From Podarcis bocagei (lineage: Eukaryota), in assembly GCA_964188305.1 (NCBI GenBank), contig OZ076893.1: 64,000 nucleotides of DNA; one strand, written 5' to 3'. The translations under genes were made by a program, and so were the position numbers. This document shows, piece after piece, positions 1 through 13,757 of this stretch. The stretch's first letter is position 1. Every line of letters begins with the position of its first letter. The notes under the pieces are model-generated. The model saw nothing but the letters and a program-made list of their open reading frames with translations, made no database searches and was not told the origin of the DNA.

Positions 1-48
1 GGTAAGTCCTAGGCTCTGTGGTTTAACCCACAGCGCCACTCATGTCCC
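1..48 (-). mobile_element. Sauria (Squam1) SINE, 5' head cut by the window edge
   Basis: Reverse complement GGGACATGAGTGGCGCTGTGGGTTAAACCACAGAGCCTAGGACTT matches the head of the full copies at 28895 and 42707. Confidence 0.85.
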
Positions 49-274
49 ACAACCACATATACTTGCCCCTTAAATCTGTTGTTTGTGTTGACACTAAAGC
101 CATCACCAGTAGCAGCTATTTATGTAATGTACAACTTGGCCCTGAAGGCACCACGTATGCCTCACATAAACAGCACCTGCTTTTCAGAAGTTTGGAGCAA
201 GCTGACTCTTCATCTTTCCCAGTTTAAAAGCACCTGCCAATCATGCTGCAATTGCTCTGCTTCTCTGTGCTCAC

Positions 275-345
275 CTCCTCATCACGCCATCGAGCTCGGT
301 CCCTTCGGCCACTAAAGCGCAGTAACCCTAGACACACCAACCCTC
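275..345 (-). CDS. Candidate internal coding exon of an unidentified gene
   Basis: Minus strand has acceptor ctctgtgtctttatttactAG, a 71-nt body and donor GAG|GTGAGC. One frame is open (GLVCLGLLRFSGRRDRARWRDEE). Five CpGs in a CpG-poor context. No protein recognised. Confidence 0.35.
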
Positions 346-1278
346 CTAGTAAATAAAGACACAGAGCTTTAACGGCCGTCTTCCAAAAGAAATGACACAA
401 AGAAGGATGGATGCTCTAGAATTGTTGTCCTTTGAAACCACATGATGCATTCAGAGAATTAAATTTTCAACAAGTCACTTACTGATAGCCACTCTGCGAG
501 TGCTACTCCTCCCAGCTTAAGTTTCTGTGGTTCCACAGACATTTATAGGACAGGGCTGTGTTATGGAATCATGCCACAGAGGAGAAAGCCTGTTTGTCTT
601 CCTCTGCCAATGTTTGTTCCACCACCAAACAAGGTCAGGTTTAAATTAAATAAATAATTTCTCAGCACTTCCATATGTTTTCTCAGTTCTTCCCTCCCTC
701 CTCATTTTTACACTGATAGTGAATTATACCCCCCTCCCCCCAAAAAAGATTAATCTGATTGTTTTAAGATTATTCACTTGCTATTGATGAGCAGCATTTG
801 TAAATTAAGATGCCTCAGCTTGGTGTTCAATGATCTTGAAACGTGTTTGCTCTTGACCAAGTTTTAGTTTCCTTTCTTTTCTTTTTTTAAAAAAAGATCT
901 TTATCATTTATGTAAAATAAACAGGCTTTGTCGGAACTTCTCTTTCAGATGGAGTATGTGTATTGGACCATTTTAACAAGGTTCTACGGTGTTCCACACA
1001 GAGATCGTATCATGTACATCTGGGTTTCCAGGTAGTTGACCAAATTTTAATTAAAGCCTGTGCTTCATGTCATGATTATTCATTCATAGTTTTAAATTGA
1101 GTAATTCTTAATTTATAGGCTCAGCAATATCACTGGTTTTAGACTATTCATAATTTGAGAACATTTTCATCATAGTGATCCTGCTACACATGAAGGAAAA
1201 CTGTCTTTAAAAAAAAATCATTTTGAGATAACATCTCCTTCTATTGGCCTCTAAATGGGGCTGCATACACACTATATA

Positions 1279-1438
1279 TTCAAAGCACACTCTTTCTCCC
1301 AAAGAATTCTGGGCACTGCAGTTCACCCCAGAGTTATAATTCCCAGCAGTATAATTCCCAGCAACCCAAACTACAGTGTAACAGTGAGGGGTGAACTACA
1401 GTGCCCAGAAATCTTTGAGGGAAAGAATGTGCTTTGAA
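1279..1438. mobile_element. Old palindromic MITE-like repeat
   Basis: Imperfect inverted arms ttcaaagcacactctttctcccaaagaattctgggcactgcagttcacccc / ggggtgaactacagtgcccagaaatctttgagggaaagaatgtgctttgaa. Confidence 0.6.
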
Positions 1439-3000
1439 GAAATAGTGTGTTAGAAGCCTAAGAGTCAGTATGGAAACAAAAGATGGTTGGATTTATTTGG
1501 CCGTCTGTTAACAAAAAAATCAGATTTTTAGGTGCCAACATCTGATCTGGACACCAGGTTTAAGATTTTCAACTTCCCCTATCTAGCCATGTGAGAAGCA
1601 CCACCAAAAAAAGGTGCCAGAAGAGGGCACAATTAATATATTCATATGCTAATTTATATGTATAGATGCAAATTTAGAAATAAAGACTACAGTAGGGAAG
1701 ACTGGCCAGGTGTCCTGTGTGTCTACAAGCCACTTCAAGTTCCCTGCTCTTCTTCTTATGGTTCATTAGACCATAAGTTGAACTAGACAGCTTCTCAAAT
1801 GGAGGACAATGCCCCATGGTGCCATCACCAGATCCAGCACCCTCCTACATTTGGTGGGTTGGTCCTTCCTAAGTTTTGTGGGGTGGCTGGAGAGCTTCCC
1901 TTCATCACACTGGCAGCTCCTGGCAGTGGCCATGTTGTTTACTTCACAACATCCTGTGAAGTTGAATTTTGTGGAGGGGAAACCATGACCTCCGACACAG
2001 AAACATGTCTGCTGCCATGTTGGTTGCTCCAGGGTATTGTTGAAAACAAAGATGGAAGCAATCTGGAAGGAACATATAAGGGGTTGGGGGACAAAGTGCC
2101 TGATGAGCCCTAATGGAGTCCTAGTATTTCAGTAGTTATCTGAGGATACTGCATGGTGATCTTACAAGGTCTGGCTGTCACACACAACTGCAGAAGTTGT
2201 GTGTGAAGACTGTAACCACGTTGGCAGGTCCAATCACATACCCAAACAGAGCCTTTGTGGAAGAGACACATGCTGTGTCTGTAGGGGATAGCACAGCAGG
2301 CAGGTGGATCCTAACTCCTTATGATGATATGTATGTAAGTTATGGGTACCTGAGTACGTGGCTGACTGTCTGTGTTGAAAGCATGCTGAAAACAAAATAG
2401 AAATTTCATGGAAGTTGCCTATTGAACTTTAGCAGATCAAATAGAAAGCTGTAGGTATTTTTGTGGCGTCGCTGTACATTTTCCCTGATTTTATTTACCA
2501 TAGATTCAAATCCTCCTTATAGAACAAGCTCCCTGCCGTTTACCTTCTTTGTCAAATAATAGGTCCTCCTGGCCTGACCTTGACCTATAACTAGACCTTG
2601 GCATTTAGTCATGCTGTGGTTTGTGGTAGCAATAACCGCAAAACAGGATCTTCCCAGTGGCTTCCAGCCAGAGTGTTACTCACTAGCTAATGGTTGGAAT
2701 GGACTGATAAAAGATATGGGCTGTAGCATGCGGGGGGGGAGGGGGGAGCCACACATTTTGTGTTTGTTGGTGTGAAATAAGTAAGAGTAAGCTGATAAAA
2801 TGACACATTGGAGCCATGGTTGCTTGGTTATGCAAAACAGGCATAAAGTTACTAATGCAGAATTCTGTTCCCCAAACCCACATATTTCTCGCTACTGACC
2901 AGTCACTTTTAAAAAGTAAGCTTCATAAGTAAATTACTAAGGTGCATATTTTCCGCTTTAACCATTATCAACCCCACTGCTTGCCTGTATCTATGAAAAG

Positions 3001-3001
<1 letters not shown>

Positions 3002-3051
<50 letters not shown>

Positions 3052-3185
3052 TGTACCCTGCCCATCTGCCTCCATTGCACTAGCCACTCTAGGCTGCTTC
3101 CAACCAAATATACAAAAACACAACATAACACCACACATTAAAAACTTCCTGATACAGGGCTGCCTTCAAATGTCTATGGAAGGTT
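3002..3185 (-). mobile_element. L2-type 3' end fragment with (TTA)n tail
   Basis: (TTA)n followed by ccctgcccatctg...agccactctaggctgcttccaac; same family as 28660-28808 and 40020-40152. Confidence 0.7.
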
Positions 3186-4697
3186 GTGTGATTATTTATC
3201 TCTTTTGGAGTTAGGTAGCCCAAAAGAAAAGATTATACAAAGTCTCCCCACTTTTCTTATTCTATATTAACTACACTGAGGCTGTCATACACACTTCCCT
3301 GGGAGTAAGTCCCACTGGCTTCCCTAGGACAAGAGTTCTTCCTAGACATGCCTAAGATTGCAATGTGCTTGTAGTCAACTCTAGCCACAAGGTTGCATCA
3401 TGACTGTCATATTTGGAGCAGACCTATTGAAATGAATGGTCAAGGCCCACTTAAGTCCAATTATTTTGATGGTTCTTCTCTGAGTAGACTTAGCCGGGCA
3501 CAACCCATAGTCCCCCAGCACTTAAAGCATAAAATTGACATAACATACCCTTTGGTAACATCATAACAGATGCATGTCAGAGTTCAGCAGATTAAATCCT
3601 GCTCCCCAGTAAGCCATATCAAAACCCTAATATGATGTCAAAGAAACACATGATTAACTCTGCATGCTCAGGAAAGCTTTGGGCTTGTGTTTCTTGAGTA
3701 TCAGCCACCCATGCAGAACAGCAAGCCTCTGTTGAAACGGAGGCTAGTCTCTGAGGACACTGATGGTCTGTAAGCTATTTGTAGGAACTGGCCTTATGAA
3801 TGCTAGAATTTTGTCAAAAGTGTGTTCCAATCAGATTTGTTTTGCATTACAAGCTTCCATGAATAAAACCATAGCAAGTGACTGTCATATTTAAACAAGA
3901 AGGAAGTTTATAATATGTATTTTTTCAAAGATACTTTTTTTTTACAAATCCAGGAAATGACAGGAATTAAAAATGCCTTCCATAAATCTCCAAGTCCAAA
4001 CTTTGAAGTGTATTTTCTCCATTCATAAAGCTGTACCCAATCAAAAACCAAGAAGCAAAATCATATGCCTTTCCATCGCAAAGATTAATATTTCCCCAGT
4101 GATTAATAACGGTGCAGATTTTAAGGGTAAAATGTTTTACATGGATTTTTCCAAGAATTGACTGAATGATTAAGAGCCAGATTGCCTCCGAACATTTTAA
4201 AAAAGACGTTGATTAAACATTTTGAAGGTTCCTCATATGATACGAAAGTTGTTCTTGGGCATTTTCTTTACCCATTATGCAAATATGTCAACTCATTAAT
4301 AATTTAAAAGTGGTAATACATTAATAATTAGGATCCCCATTAGAAATCTGACCTTTAATTGAATTCTATAGAAAGGAGACTGTGAAAAATGAGCCTTGTG
4401 ATTTATGCTAAGAATAAAGGTTAAAAAGCGTTTTCCTAGTAGATCTTATCCCACCCACACCAACCCCATTATTGCCTAGGCAGATTTTTTTTTTAAGAAG
4501 GAAGGAAAGGAAGGGAAGAAAACTTTTCCTCCAAAAATAAAAATTTTACCCATGCTGTTTGTAAGGAAATAATTCTATGTGGTTTCATATGGGAAAGAGT
4601 GGAATATATTGCTGAATTCTAGATGCGAGAGAAGCAAATGAAGGGATTTTTGTCATCTTCCTTTCGTGGATTAAGACTGCTATCTCAGAAACAGCAT

Positions 4698-4888
4698 TAG
4701 GAAGCTACCTTAAAGTGAATCAGACCACTGGTCCCTCTAGTTCAGGACTGTTGACACTGCTGGCAGCAGCTCTCCAAGATTTTAAGAAGGCATCTCTCCT
4801 CAACCCTCCCTGGAGATACCAGAGATTGAACCTAGGTCCCTTATACATGTAACACATATCCTCTACCACTGAGCCATGGCCATCCCCC
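4698..4888 (-). mobile_element. Old tRNA-derived (Ala-like head) SINE
   Basis: Minus-strand head GGGGATGGCCATGGCTCAGTGGTAGAG...GGTTCAATC with A and B boxes; related copies at ~39170-39362 and ~59665-59848. Confidence 0.65.
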
Positions 4889-5567
4889 ACCATTCCACCA
4901 GCTGAGAGAAGGAGACCCACCAATGGGACAGTGCTTGTGTCTCCAGAGACCTCCTGTGGGCACAAATATCCCAATGGTGGTGGAGACCAAGACAGGGGAC
5001 ATGTCAAGAGGGCTGTTAGTAGATGAAATGGACCAACATATCCCCAAACAAGCTCAGGAATGACACTGTTGAACCTGGTGCAGTTATATTCTGCTGTTGT
5101 GGTCAATGGGAAGGGAGGAAAGAAAAGCAAGGGAGCAGGGAAATAGGAAAATCTGTCCCCCACACCTCCTGCCCCCATCATACCAAGATGGCAGAGCTTT
5201 TGGGTCTGGTGGTTGCTCCTCCATGAATCTTCTATGGGCGCGCGCAACACACACACACAATGATTCAAATAGCCATGCAACAGATTTCAGATCATATTTC
5301 TCTGGCTACAATATTGTAACAGGTTCATCTCTTGCACCAGCTTAAATGGATTATTCCCTGATCCGACCATTGATTGAGCATCACAGACCCACACAGTTGG
5401 CAGCCCCTGTGATGTAATGGCAGAGAGCTTTTAGGGATGGAGGTAGGCCAAGGGAGAGCAAGAATAGGGAAAGGGATGCAAAGGAAATGACATTCCTCCA
5501 AACCACATGTTCTACTTGCTCCCAGTGTTAAACACAAATGCTGACTTCTACCAGGTTAGCCTTTCAG

Positions 5568-5725
5568 GAGCTGATTAGCTCAGCTGGTTACAGCATTGTG
5601 CTGATAATGCCAAGGTTGCAGGTTTGATCCCCGTATGGGACAACTGCATATTCCTGCATTGCAGGGGGTTGAACTAAATGATGCTCAGTGTCCCTTCCAA
5701 TTCTACCATTCTGTGAGTCTATGAT
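5568..5725 (+). mobile_element. tRNA-Ile-derived SINE with a CR1-like 3' tail
   Basis: Head tagctcagctggttacagcattgtgctgataatgccaaggttgcaggtttgatcccc resembles tRNA-Ile(AAT). The tail ttcctgcattgcagggggttgaact...cccttccaattct...tatga matches the CR1 3' end at 38620-38684. Confidence 0.75.
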
Positions 5726-8700
5726 TAGCATTTGCTACCTATAATACAGGATTATGAGGTTCTGTTTCTATATAACAGTAGTGATGTCTTGACTCCTCTC
5801 TGCTCAAGTCAGAACTGAGCAATTTGCCAAAAGTCAGAAAACAGCACAGTTCCCGCTCATCAAGCAGAATTTCAATAAAAAAATTATAGTATTATCAGGT
5901 GTGCCAGAGGAAGAGCTAAAAACTCTAGCTAGTGCAAATTCTACTGCCCATTTCTTGGCCAAGAACAGTTGCAGGCAACTTGTCATGCCTCTGGCAGTGT
6001 GAGAACCATGTGATAGGTTATGTTAATATCATAAGGAATGACATGTTTGGAGCCGACCACATGCCTTGCTTCCAAAAAAAGCATCTGTGGGGGCTGTGAT
6101 CTGGACTGAGACTGCAGCACTGAAAGGGGGCTATCTAGTTTCTGCTTTCATTGCAGCGATGGGTCTATATTCGCATTCCATTCCTCCCCAGACCCATAAA
6201 GGAAGACACGAAACCATAGATGCGGTTAAGAGTCCCAGCTCAATTTACTATCAACACACAAGTGAAACAGGTTTGACTAACTCAACCCAGGCAGCCAATC
6301 TAACTGGGGGAGACAGAGAGGAGTCTGCCTCCCCAGTGGGCGACACCAACCTGGATCAGGAAATGAACTGCTCTGTGCCTTTCCTTACCAACTCACTTGG
6401 AAGTGACCAAATGCAGTATCCGGTTTGCTCTTCCTTTCCTCTTCCTGATGTGTTCAGCAGGGTGATGCTTCCAGGCACCAAAAAATGCTCCTCTCTCCAC
6501 CTCCACAACAGTGGTACACTTTGGGCTTTAAAATTTCGGCAACACCCTGTGTGATGCCAAAATCAGTGCCCACTGCCTCTCACCTTCAGTTGTTTGTGGT
6601 TCGTGTGGCACTATCTCGGCTTGGTGCCCATTGTGGGCAAGCCAGTTGCGCTCCCCTAAATCTGCCTCTGCCCACAATCCAGCTGCCAGTTACATGTGGG
6701 TTGGACAGCATCCTTTCACACCTGTTATTCTGTAATGTTAATCCACTCTGCCCATCATGCCTGTCTGTTGTGACCAATGAAACTTGCCCATCAGATAGAC
6801 ACCACCAGGTCCAGAAATCTAGCGAGTATAAAGTAGGCAGAAAGGCAGAATCTCTACTAAGCTACTGGCTTGTCCTGTACTCCCTTGGAGGATGACAGGT
6901 GTGTAGTTTGTAGTATAGTTTGCAGGTGGTGCAGGCAGGGAGAAAGCAAGTGGTGCAAGCTGTGGACCCAGATAGCCACAGAGGAACAGGCAGGGCAGTT
7001 CCTCAGCAACCATACTGCTCTGCTGCCACTGTCTACCTCTTGCAGATGCCGCTCTTTCACAGAAATCACAAACTGATTTGGAAAAGTGGGAATATAAGCT
7101 TAAGAGCAGAAAACTGAGAAAGCGGAAAACTGAAATGACACATTTGCCTGTGCCTTGCAGTCCAGCATGGGGCTATAGGGAGTAGAAAGTTCAGTGGAAA
7201 CTGTTGTGCGAACAAAGGTCTCTATCATTGCCATTAAGGGTCTTTGGATGTGAAAACGGTTCTTCTCTGTCACATAATGTTTTCAAATTCTTCCCAGCAG
7301 TTATTATATTTCAATGACCATTTAATTTCAGATCATTATCATTCTCATGAAGTCAAATACATTAATAATAATACTAATAATAAAATTACTACTACTACTA
7401 CTACTAATACTAATAATAATAATACCCTGCCCATCTGGCTGGGCTTCCCCAGCTTCTCTGAGCAGCTTACAATAATTAATTAATCAATAAATTTCAGTTA
7501 ATTAGTTACCAACCTGAAAGTTATTCAATAATCACATTTATTAAATAATCTAGTAGTTATGATCAATTACTGAGAATCAACTACAATGAATATATGTGTA
7601 TATATAATTTTGAGCACTAAAATTGTCAACTTGCTAACTGGAAAAAAAATTCTAAATGATTTGCATGCAGGAGACACACTGAAATCAGCTGAAAGTGAAA
7701 TAGCTTCATAGATTAACTCCATAAAAGTGATTAGGTTGGGGTGATTAGGGCCACATAGATGGTTGGACAGTTCTCTTAGGGCCACATGCTACATGAACAG
7801 ACATTCACACAGATACACCACACATATAGCCCACAGGAACCCACAGGTGCAGCATACACAGAGAGAGGGGGGTGGGAAGGAGGGAGGGGGAGAGAGAGAG
7901 AGAGAGAGAGAGTCAATGGATTTCTACATCTCAGTGCTTTGCTTTCCTAATACATTACTAAAAACTTTCCTGGTTGCATAATTGACATTATCTAGCTTTG
8001 TGTTTGGGGTGAAACGCCCATGAAAACTGTTCTAACTTGTTTCCTATATGTGCATGTTAAACTATAACTGGATGCTGGAGAAAGGTAACAACCTAGATAA
8101 TCCTCATCACTGGGAGGAAAACAATATTGTGGGTTTCAGGTGCTAACCTTGATAGTATGGATGGGGGCAGCAGGCAAAGATCTGATAGCACGGTTAAGGC
8201 CTGTGTATTTGTATGGATGACATGTTTATAGGCGAAAATATTTATGTCTACCCACAGAGTATGTTCCATTCCACCTGAGGTCCTATTAAATAAGAGATGC
8301 AGATTGCTACTCCATTGGTCACCTGTGGTAAGAAGTAATTGCCAGCCAGAATGGTGGCAAATAGCATAGGCTATCCCAGATGCCCTTCTAACAACTGCTA
8401 CCCAATGCTTCATGTGCATGATTATGCATCCTCATCAATCCCACAACCCCCCACCCCCCCAAAAAAAAATCCTCTGAAAAGGCAACTCTGCAGTGAATCA
8501 ATTGTTTTTATCTATATGAACTTGTTTGTACAGATCAGAACACAGAAGCCACTAAGGAATTGCTTTATGAAATGCCCCAATATTGCAGATTCCCCACTAT
8601 TGTATAAAAGGATCTCTTCTTGAGATCAGTGAGACAGAGCAAGGATTACAGCAGCCTGCCAAGTATAGCCCCTTTCTTTTTTAAAAAGGCACAATAGGAA

Positions 8701-8797
8701 CAAATGTTGGAGGAGGATGACATCTAGCGATCAGATGTATATTTACATCCTTAACCCATTTGTGGCTGTGCATGCCACTACAGCAGATGTCCTAGAT

Positions 8798-9303
8798 CAG
8801 GGGTCTGCAACCTTTAAGACAAAAAGAGCCACTTGGACCCGTTTCCGAAGGGGAAAAAAACTGGGAGCCACAAAACTCGTCATTATAAAAATAACTTTTT
8901 TGTCACTTTTTATTATTATTTCTTTGTTTGACCCCTCAGAATTACTCCTCCTCATAGAAATAAACGTTAAATTAACAAGTTACCTTTTTGTGTGTGTGTG
9001 TGTGTGTGTGTTCTTCACTCCCCTTCAAAACAGTGACCAGCGTACATGCCCCCTTTCAATGCAGTTACCAGCGTACATGCCCCTTAAAATGTAGCGGGCG
9101 GGCGGGAAAGTGACGTCGGGACGGTGCGTGACTAACACACACACTGCCCACATGCGACGTCACAGCCAGTACAGCGCCCGCCACAGTGGGGAGTGTCGGG
9201 GCACACAATGCGCCTCCTCCCCTCGCTAGTATCCGCCCCGGAGCCGCGGCAAAGGTGTAAAAGAGCCACATGCGGCTCCGGAGCCGCGGGTTGCAGACCC
9301 CTG
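8798..9303. mobile_element. Non-autonomous hAT DNA transposon (young)
   Basis: Perfect 15-bp TIRs caggggtctgcaacc/ggttgcagacccctg, perfect 8-bp TSD tcctagat (8790-8797, 9304-9311) and retained CpGs. Confidence 0.92.
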
Positions 9304-11801
9304 TCCTAGATGTTGTACGTGCCAGATGTTGCTGGACTACAACTCCCATCATCCCCACCAACTGAGCTGGGCTGGTTGGGGCTGATAGGACATGTAGACA
9401 AATGTATCTGGAGGGCACCAGGTTAGTGAAGGCAACATCAGAGTATTAAATGGGGTGGGGATCATTCCTGAACTCTGATTCAAATGAAGAAGGAAAAATT
9501 GAGAGTACCATAGAAGAGACAGCTTGCTAAATAATTTGCAGAATTCTATCCATTTATATTTCCAGTCCCTCTGTTCACCACTTGAATCTGGAAATCTCTT
9601 CTGGAGCCATGTTATATTATCTTAATCTCTTTCTCTAAGCAGAATTTCTTCCTCATTCATAGTCAAAGCCATTCATCCCTTACCTTTCTCTCCCCATATA
9701 TGTCACAAATACATTGACTTCTGCTCTGCATGAAGCACTATTCCCACCCTCTCCGCTGACTCTGAGCCTCCTTGCTCATAAAAACTATACTACCATCTGG
9801 TTCCCCGGTTCTTGCTTTCCTAAATTCATTCCGCACACATCCCATAGCCCAGGAGCAGGTAAGAACATAATCCCAGCTGCCACCACAAGGGTATCTGGAA
9901 AACCATCTCACCCTGAGGAGAGAGGAGAAGAAAGAAGGTGCAAGAACTGCCTCCAGCCAGCTCCCATAGTGAACTCCCCTCCTCCAAACACTCTCCACAG
10001 GGACATCTGAAGGACCATCTTGCCCCGAGAGGAGAAAAATAGCAGTAATATTTTTTTCCCTTTTTTGAAAAAACAACACCTAGTTGTCATCTCCATTCTT
10101 TTGCTGTAATAATCTTATGTAAACCGTTTTGTGAGGTCTGCTTGAAAAGTGGTATAGAAATACTGTAAACATATAAATATAATAAATAAAAAGTACATGA
10201 CTACACTGAGGTCCAGCTCCAAGGGCCTTCTGGCAGTTCCCTCACTGCGTGCTAACAAGAGTTGGAGTTCAACAACATCCGGCAGGTCAGTTTCCCCATC
10301 CCTGCCATAGCTATCTATCTTGTTTCCTTCATATATACCCCATCTTGCTTCTGTTGCCTCCTGCCCAACAGAAAGCATGTACCAACTTACACAATATTTG
10401 CTGCTTCTTTTCTATGGGCATGTATTACCCAACTGCCATTTTTCTGCGATAGACATCCTATGGCACTTCCCACAAAGAACCCTGCATTCTAGCTGTCTTG
10501 CAAATTTGGTACAGTAGGGCGGCAATGAGGAGCTGCCCTTACGACACGGGCACCACTTTTATCACTTAGTCAGGATTGCAGTGAGGTTGGGGCCACACAG
10601 GCAGACATCACAGTCTCTTCCATGTGTCTAATGCATATACAATACTCATTAACGGTATTTGAAAGTCTACTACTGAAGCCCAGAACTTTGCCTAACATTG
10701 CAGTAGTATGTGGATTGTGATCATTTATTATATCTTGTAATAGTCCTAATATACCTTGAGTGTACCTACTGAATGTCCACTGAAGTTGGAAACAGACAGC
10801 ATGCTAAATAACTTCTTAAGGAAGGGAAATTTTGCCTGCCATTGGGCTGTATTACCAAAAAAGGAAAAGAAAAGAAAGAAAGACTTTAACCATACATATT
10901 ATCAAAATAAAACTTCCATTTCTTTCACATTGACAATTTTCTTGGGCACAATAGAGAGTTTCTGTCTAAGTGTGCCAACTTTTCCCCGTGACAATTGTTG
11001 GACAAAATTGGTCATGGCACCTTCTGATTATTAGTCATGCTTCTTAATTTTAATATTTTCCCCTCCTGACAGATTTATTTCTTCCCAAGTTAAAAAAAAA
11101 ATCCTTCTTAGGAGAAAATGTAGCTTCCTTATTTCCTAGGTCTGCAAATTACCAGGTGCCAAGCTATGAACATAAGGAAATTGAAGACCCTTGAGGGTGA
11201 CCTTAAGAGGCACAAAGGTGGAGAATTGTGATATAGTGGTTGAGGCAATTTCATTGCAGCTCTTGGGCTCTGGAAAAATGAGAAATGGGTTTTCTATTAC
11301 TAAATATAATGAATTCATTTTCTGTCCTGTCACAAATTGTCAAACTTTATTAAAGAATTGAAAGATGTGATGCATACATATAGAAATGCTTAGCATGACG
11401 ACCCACATTTAAAATGAACAAGGGGGGCACAGATACACTCAGGTCTCTTCACCAATATATGGTCTAGAAGTCCCTTCACATATAATATTTCAGAACTCTG
11501 CAGCATTGCTTCAAAAGTAGTATTGATGATTGCTGAACATGGGGTTAGTGGTTTGTTAACTGAGGTAAAAACAATAGTCGCTGAACTGTTTAACTGGATT
11601 AAGCGTGTCCCCTACATTTCACCTAAAGTGAATTTTGGGGCACAATTGAAAGGTTTCTGCTTGGCAAAAGCTGGGCAAAAGCTGGGCAATTCTGAGTGAT
11701 TCTAAAGTTGCTAGCAGACTCACACACTAGAATGAATGTCTGCACATTGCTAAACGGCATGAGTCCTATGAAATTTAAGAGGCTCACACACCTAGAACAT
11801 A

Positions 11802-11994
11802 CAGTGGTACCTCAGGTTAAGAACTTAATTCTTTCCGGAGGTCCGTTCTTAACCTGAAACTGTTCTTAACCTGAAGCACCACTTTAGCTAATGGGGCCTC
11901 CTGCTGCTGCATGATTTCTGTTCTCATCCTGAAGCAAAGTTCTCAACCCAAGGTAATATTTCTGGGTTAGCGTATGTAACCCGAGGTACCAATG
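11802..11994. mobile_element. Tc1/mariner (Tigger/pogo-like) MITE
   Basis: TIR cagtggtacctc...gaggtacca(a)tg with TA flanks; one of seven copies of this family in the window. Confidence 0.85.
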
Positions 11995-11999
11995 TATTT

Positions 12000-13520
12000 A
12001 TATTCTTTCCTTTCTATCCCAAATATCTGCTGGAACCACTTCAGTGACTCCTAACCACTGCTTTGGATGAACTAGTGGAATTGAACAAAGCTCACTGAAC
12101 TGGTTCCAAAAATCTCTGAACTATACCCAAAAGTAGTTCCATCAATAGCCAGATGAATTTATGTCATGACCAACAAATCTAACAGCAATCCAGATACACT
12201 ATTGGAAGCTTTAGAGGCACCAGCTAAAGGGCTGGATCAGAGCCAGCATTCGGGGAACCATTTTGATTGACACTGGCAGACAGAAGCCTCCAGAAGAAAA
12301 ATCTCTTAGATAACCAAAATGGAAGCCTAGACACTTACGGTGATCTTCCCCTGAGGTAAAATCTTCTGGTGAGCCCACAGCTTGGCTTTTGACTCATATG
12401 ACTGCTGTTGACATTGATTGTAATTTACTGGAGCTACTGTAACAGCAATAACAACACCATTGGCAAGCTCTCTGCTCCCAGGAAAGTACCATGATTTCCA
12501 GTCTTGCGGAAGCTGACACTTTTGCCACACACCAGCCAATACGACCCTACTATCAAGCCAATCCCATGGGCCAAGATACCTGCAGGGTATCTTGCAGTCT
12601 AGAACTTCATTAAGAAACATCTCAGCTGTGGTTTTATCCAGCCATCCAGCTGCCACACACATGCTATTGTAAATAAAAATGTAGGGAATTGTGCTTGTGT
12701 AGCTATTATCAAGCCCCAGATGCTATTACCAACTGGAATTGATATTCACTATCCCAGTCTTTGAATGGTGGTCACAATTTTTACCAATTTTCCGTGGGGG
12801 CACAGTATCCATCAAAGAGGGGGGTGATTGGAAGGACTTCAAAACAAAGAATGGGCATATAGCATTTCACCTTGTGACTAAACTGTTATGCCCTTCTGGA
12901 CTCTGCATTGCTCCAAGCATCTCTCCACACTTTGTGAATGTGTTATATTAGACTGATTTGTCGTTATTTACTTGAATGATATTCTGATATTTTCCTAATC
13001 ATCTCAGCATGGCTCCAAGGACATCATTTGTGTGCCATCTGCAGAGTTGTTGGGACACATAGTCTCTTGCTAAGATATCCAGATGGAGCTGTCCAAGGTC
13101 TAGGCCCTATTAGACTGGCAAGCACCAAGAATGTAGAAAGACACACAATGGTTTTCAGGCTTTGCCAGTTATTACAATCAGTATGTCAAGAAATATTCTG
13201 GTCTTTCGGTTCCCTTGACAGACCTTTTGAAAGTCCACAAACCATTCCAGTGTACAACATGTTTTCAATCAATTAAAATGAGACTTATCAGAGGCACCAG
13301 TGCTGTCCCATGCTATCAACACAAATTAAATTCATCATGGAGGCAGGTGCCTCCAATGTAACTATTTGAGTCATTTTGTCTCTGTGGATGACACCCACAG
13401 GCCTGCCCTCAAGCCTGTGCATATTTCTCAGGGAAATTGACTCCTCCTGAACAGAATCTGCATTCTGGAAGAGAAGCTATTGCATAAAAGCTGCCTTTAA
13501 GGCCTGCATCGAGCATTAGA
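12000..13520 (+). mobile_element. Heavily degraded Ty3/Gypsy gag-pol remnant
   Basis: RT motifs IKEGGDWK..KTKNGH, MPSGLCIAPS and VVIYLNDILIFS (YLDD-like, ~12969). RNase H motifs APVLSH, EAGASN and CAYFSGKLTPPEQN (~13290-13460). Many stops and frameshifts; the upstream boundary is approximate. Confidence 0.7.
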
Positions 13521-13757
13521 GGAAGCCCACAACAGGGCCTTCCCTTGGGTTGGAGCCTAAGTCCATTGAGCTTGGTCACATGACCTGGCAACCCAGCATA
13601 GAACATCATTTTAATGGCTTGCTTTCCCTCTGCCAGGCTTAGGCTGGTTCAGCCATCAGCAAATTTGCTGCTGAATGGGCTTTGGATCTGGTGCAACTTG
13701 ATGCCGACTTAATTTACACTGGTGCACTTTAGGCCAGCTTCTTGTGCATAGGATTGC
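13510..13757. repeat. Partial copy of the palindromic repeat family seen at 53324-53750
   Basis: Shared blocks cctggcaacccagca, ttccctctgc.aggcttaggc, tttggatctggt and cttcttgtgcataggattgc. Confidence 0.65.

Noticed and set aside
949-1031. Plus-strand exon (ctttcag|ATGGAG...CCAG|gtagtt)
   Set aside because: Weak donor, no recognisable peptide, and the opposite strand to the better candidate at 275-345.
2942-3214. Signal-peptide-like poly-Leu ORF (also 14281, 16414, 28681)
   Set aside because: Translation of (TTA)n or (AAT)n microsatellites and L2 tails.
5568-5645. Functional tRNA-Ile gene
   Set aside because: Degenerate stems and direct fusion to a CR1-like tail indicate a SINE head.
9100-9303. 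CpG-island promoter
   Set aside because: Interior of a young hAT element with TIRs and an 8-bp TSD.
12000-13520. Domesticated Gypsy-derived gene (RTL/PEG10-like)
   Set aside because: Multiple stops, frameshifts and a mutated catalytic motif (YLND).
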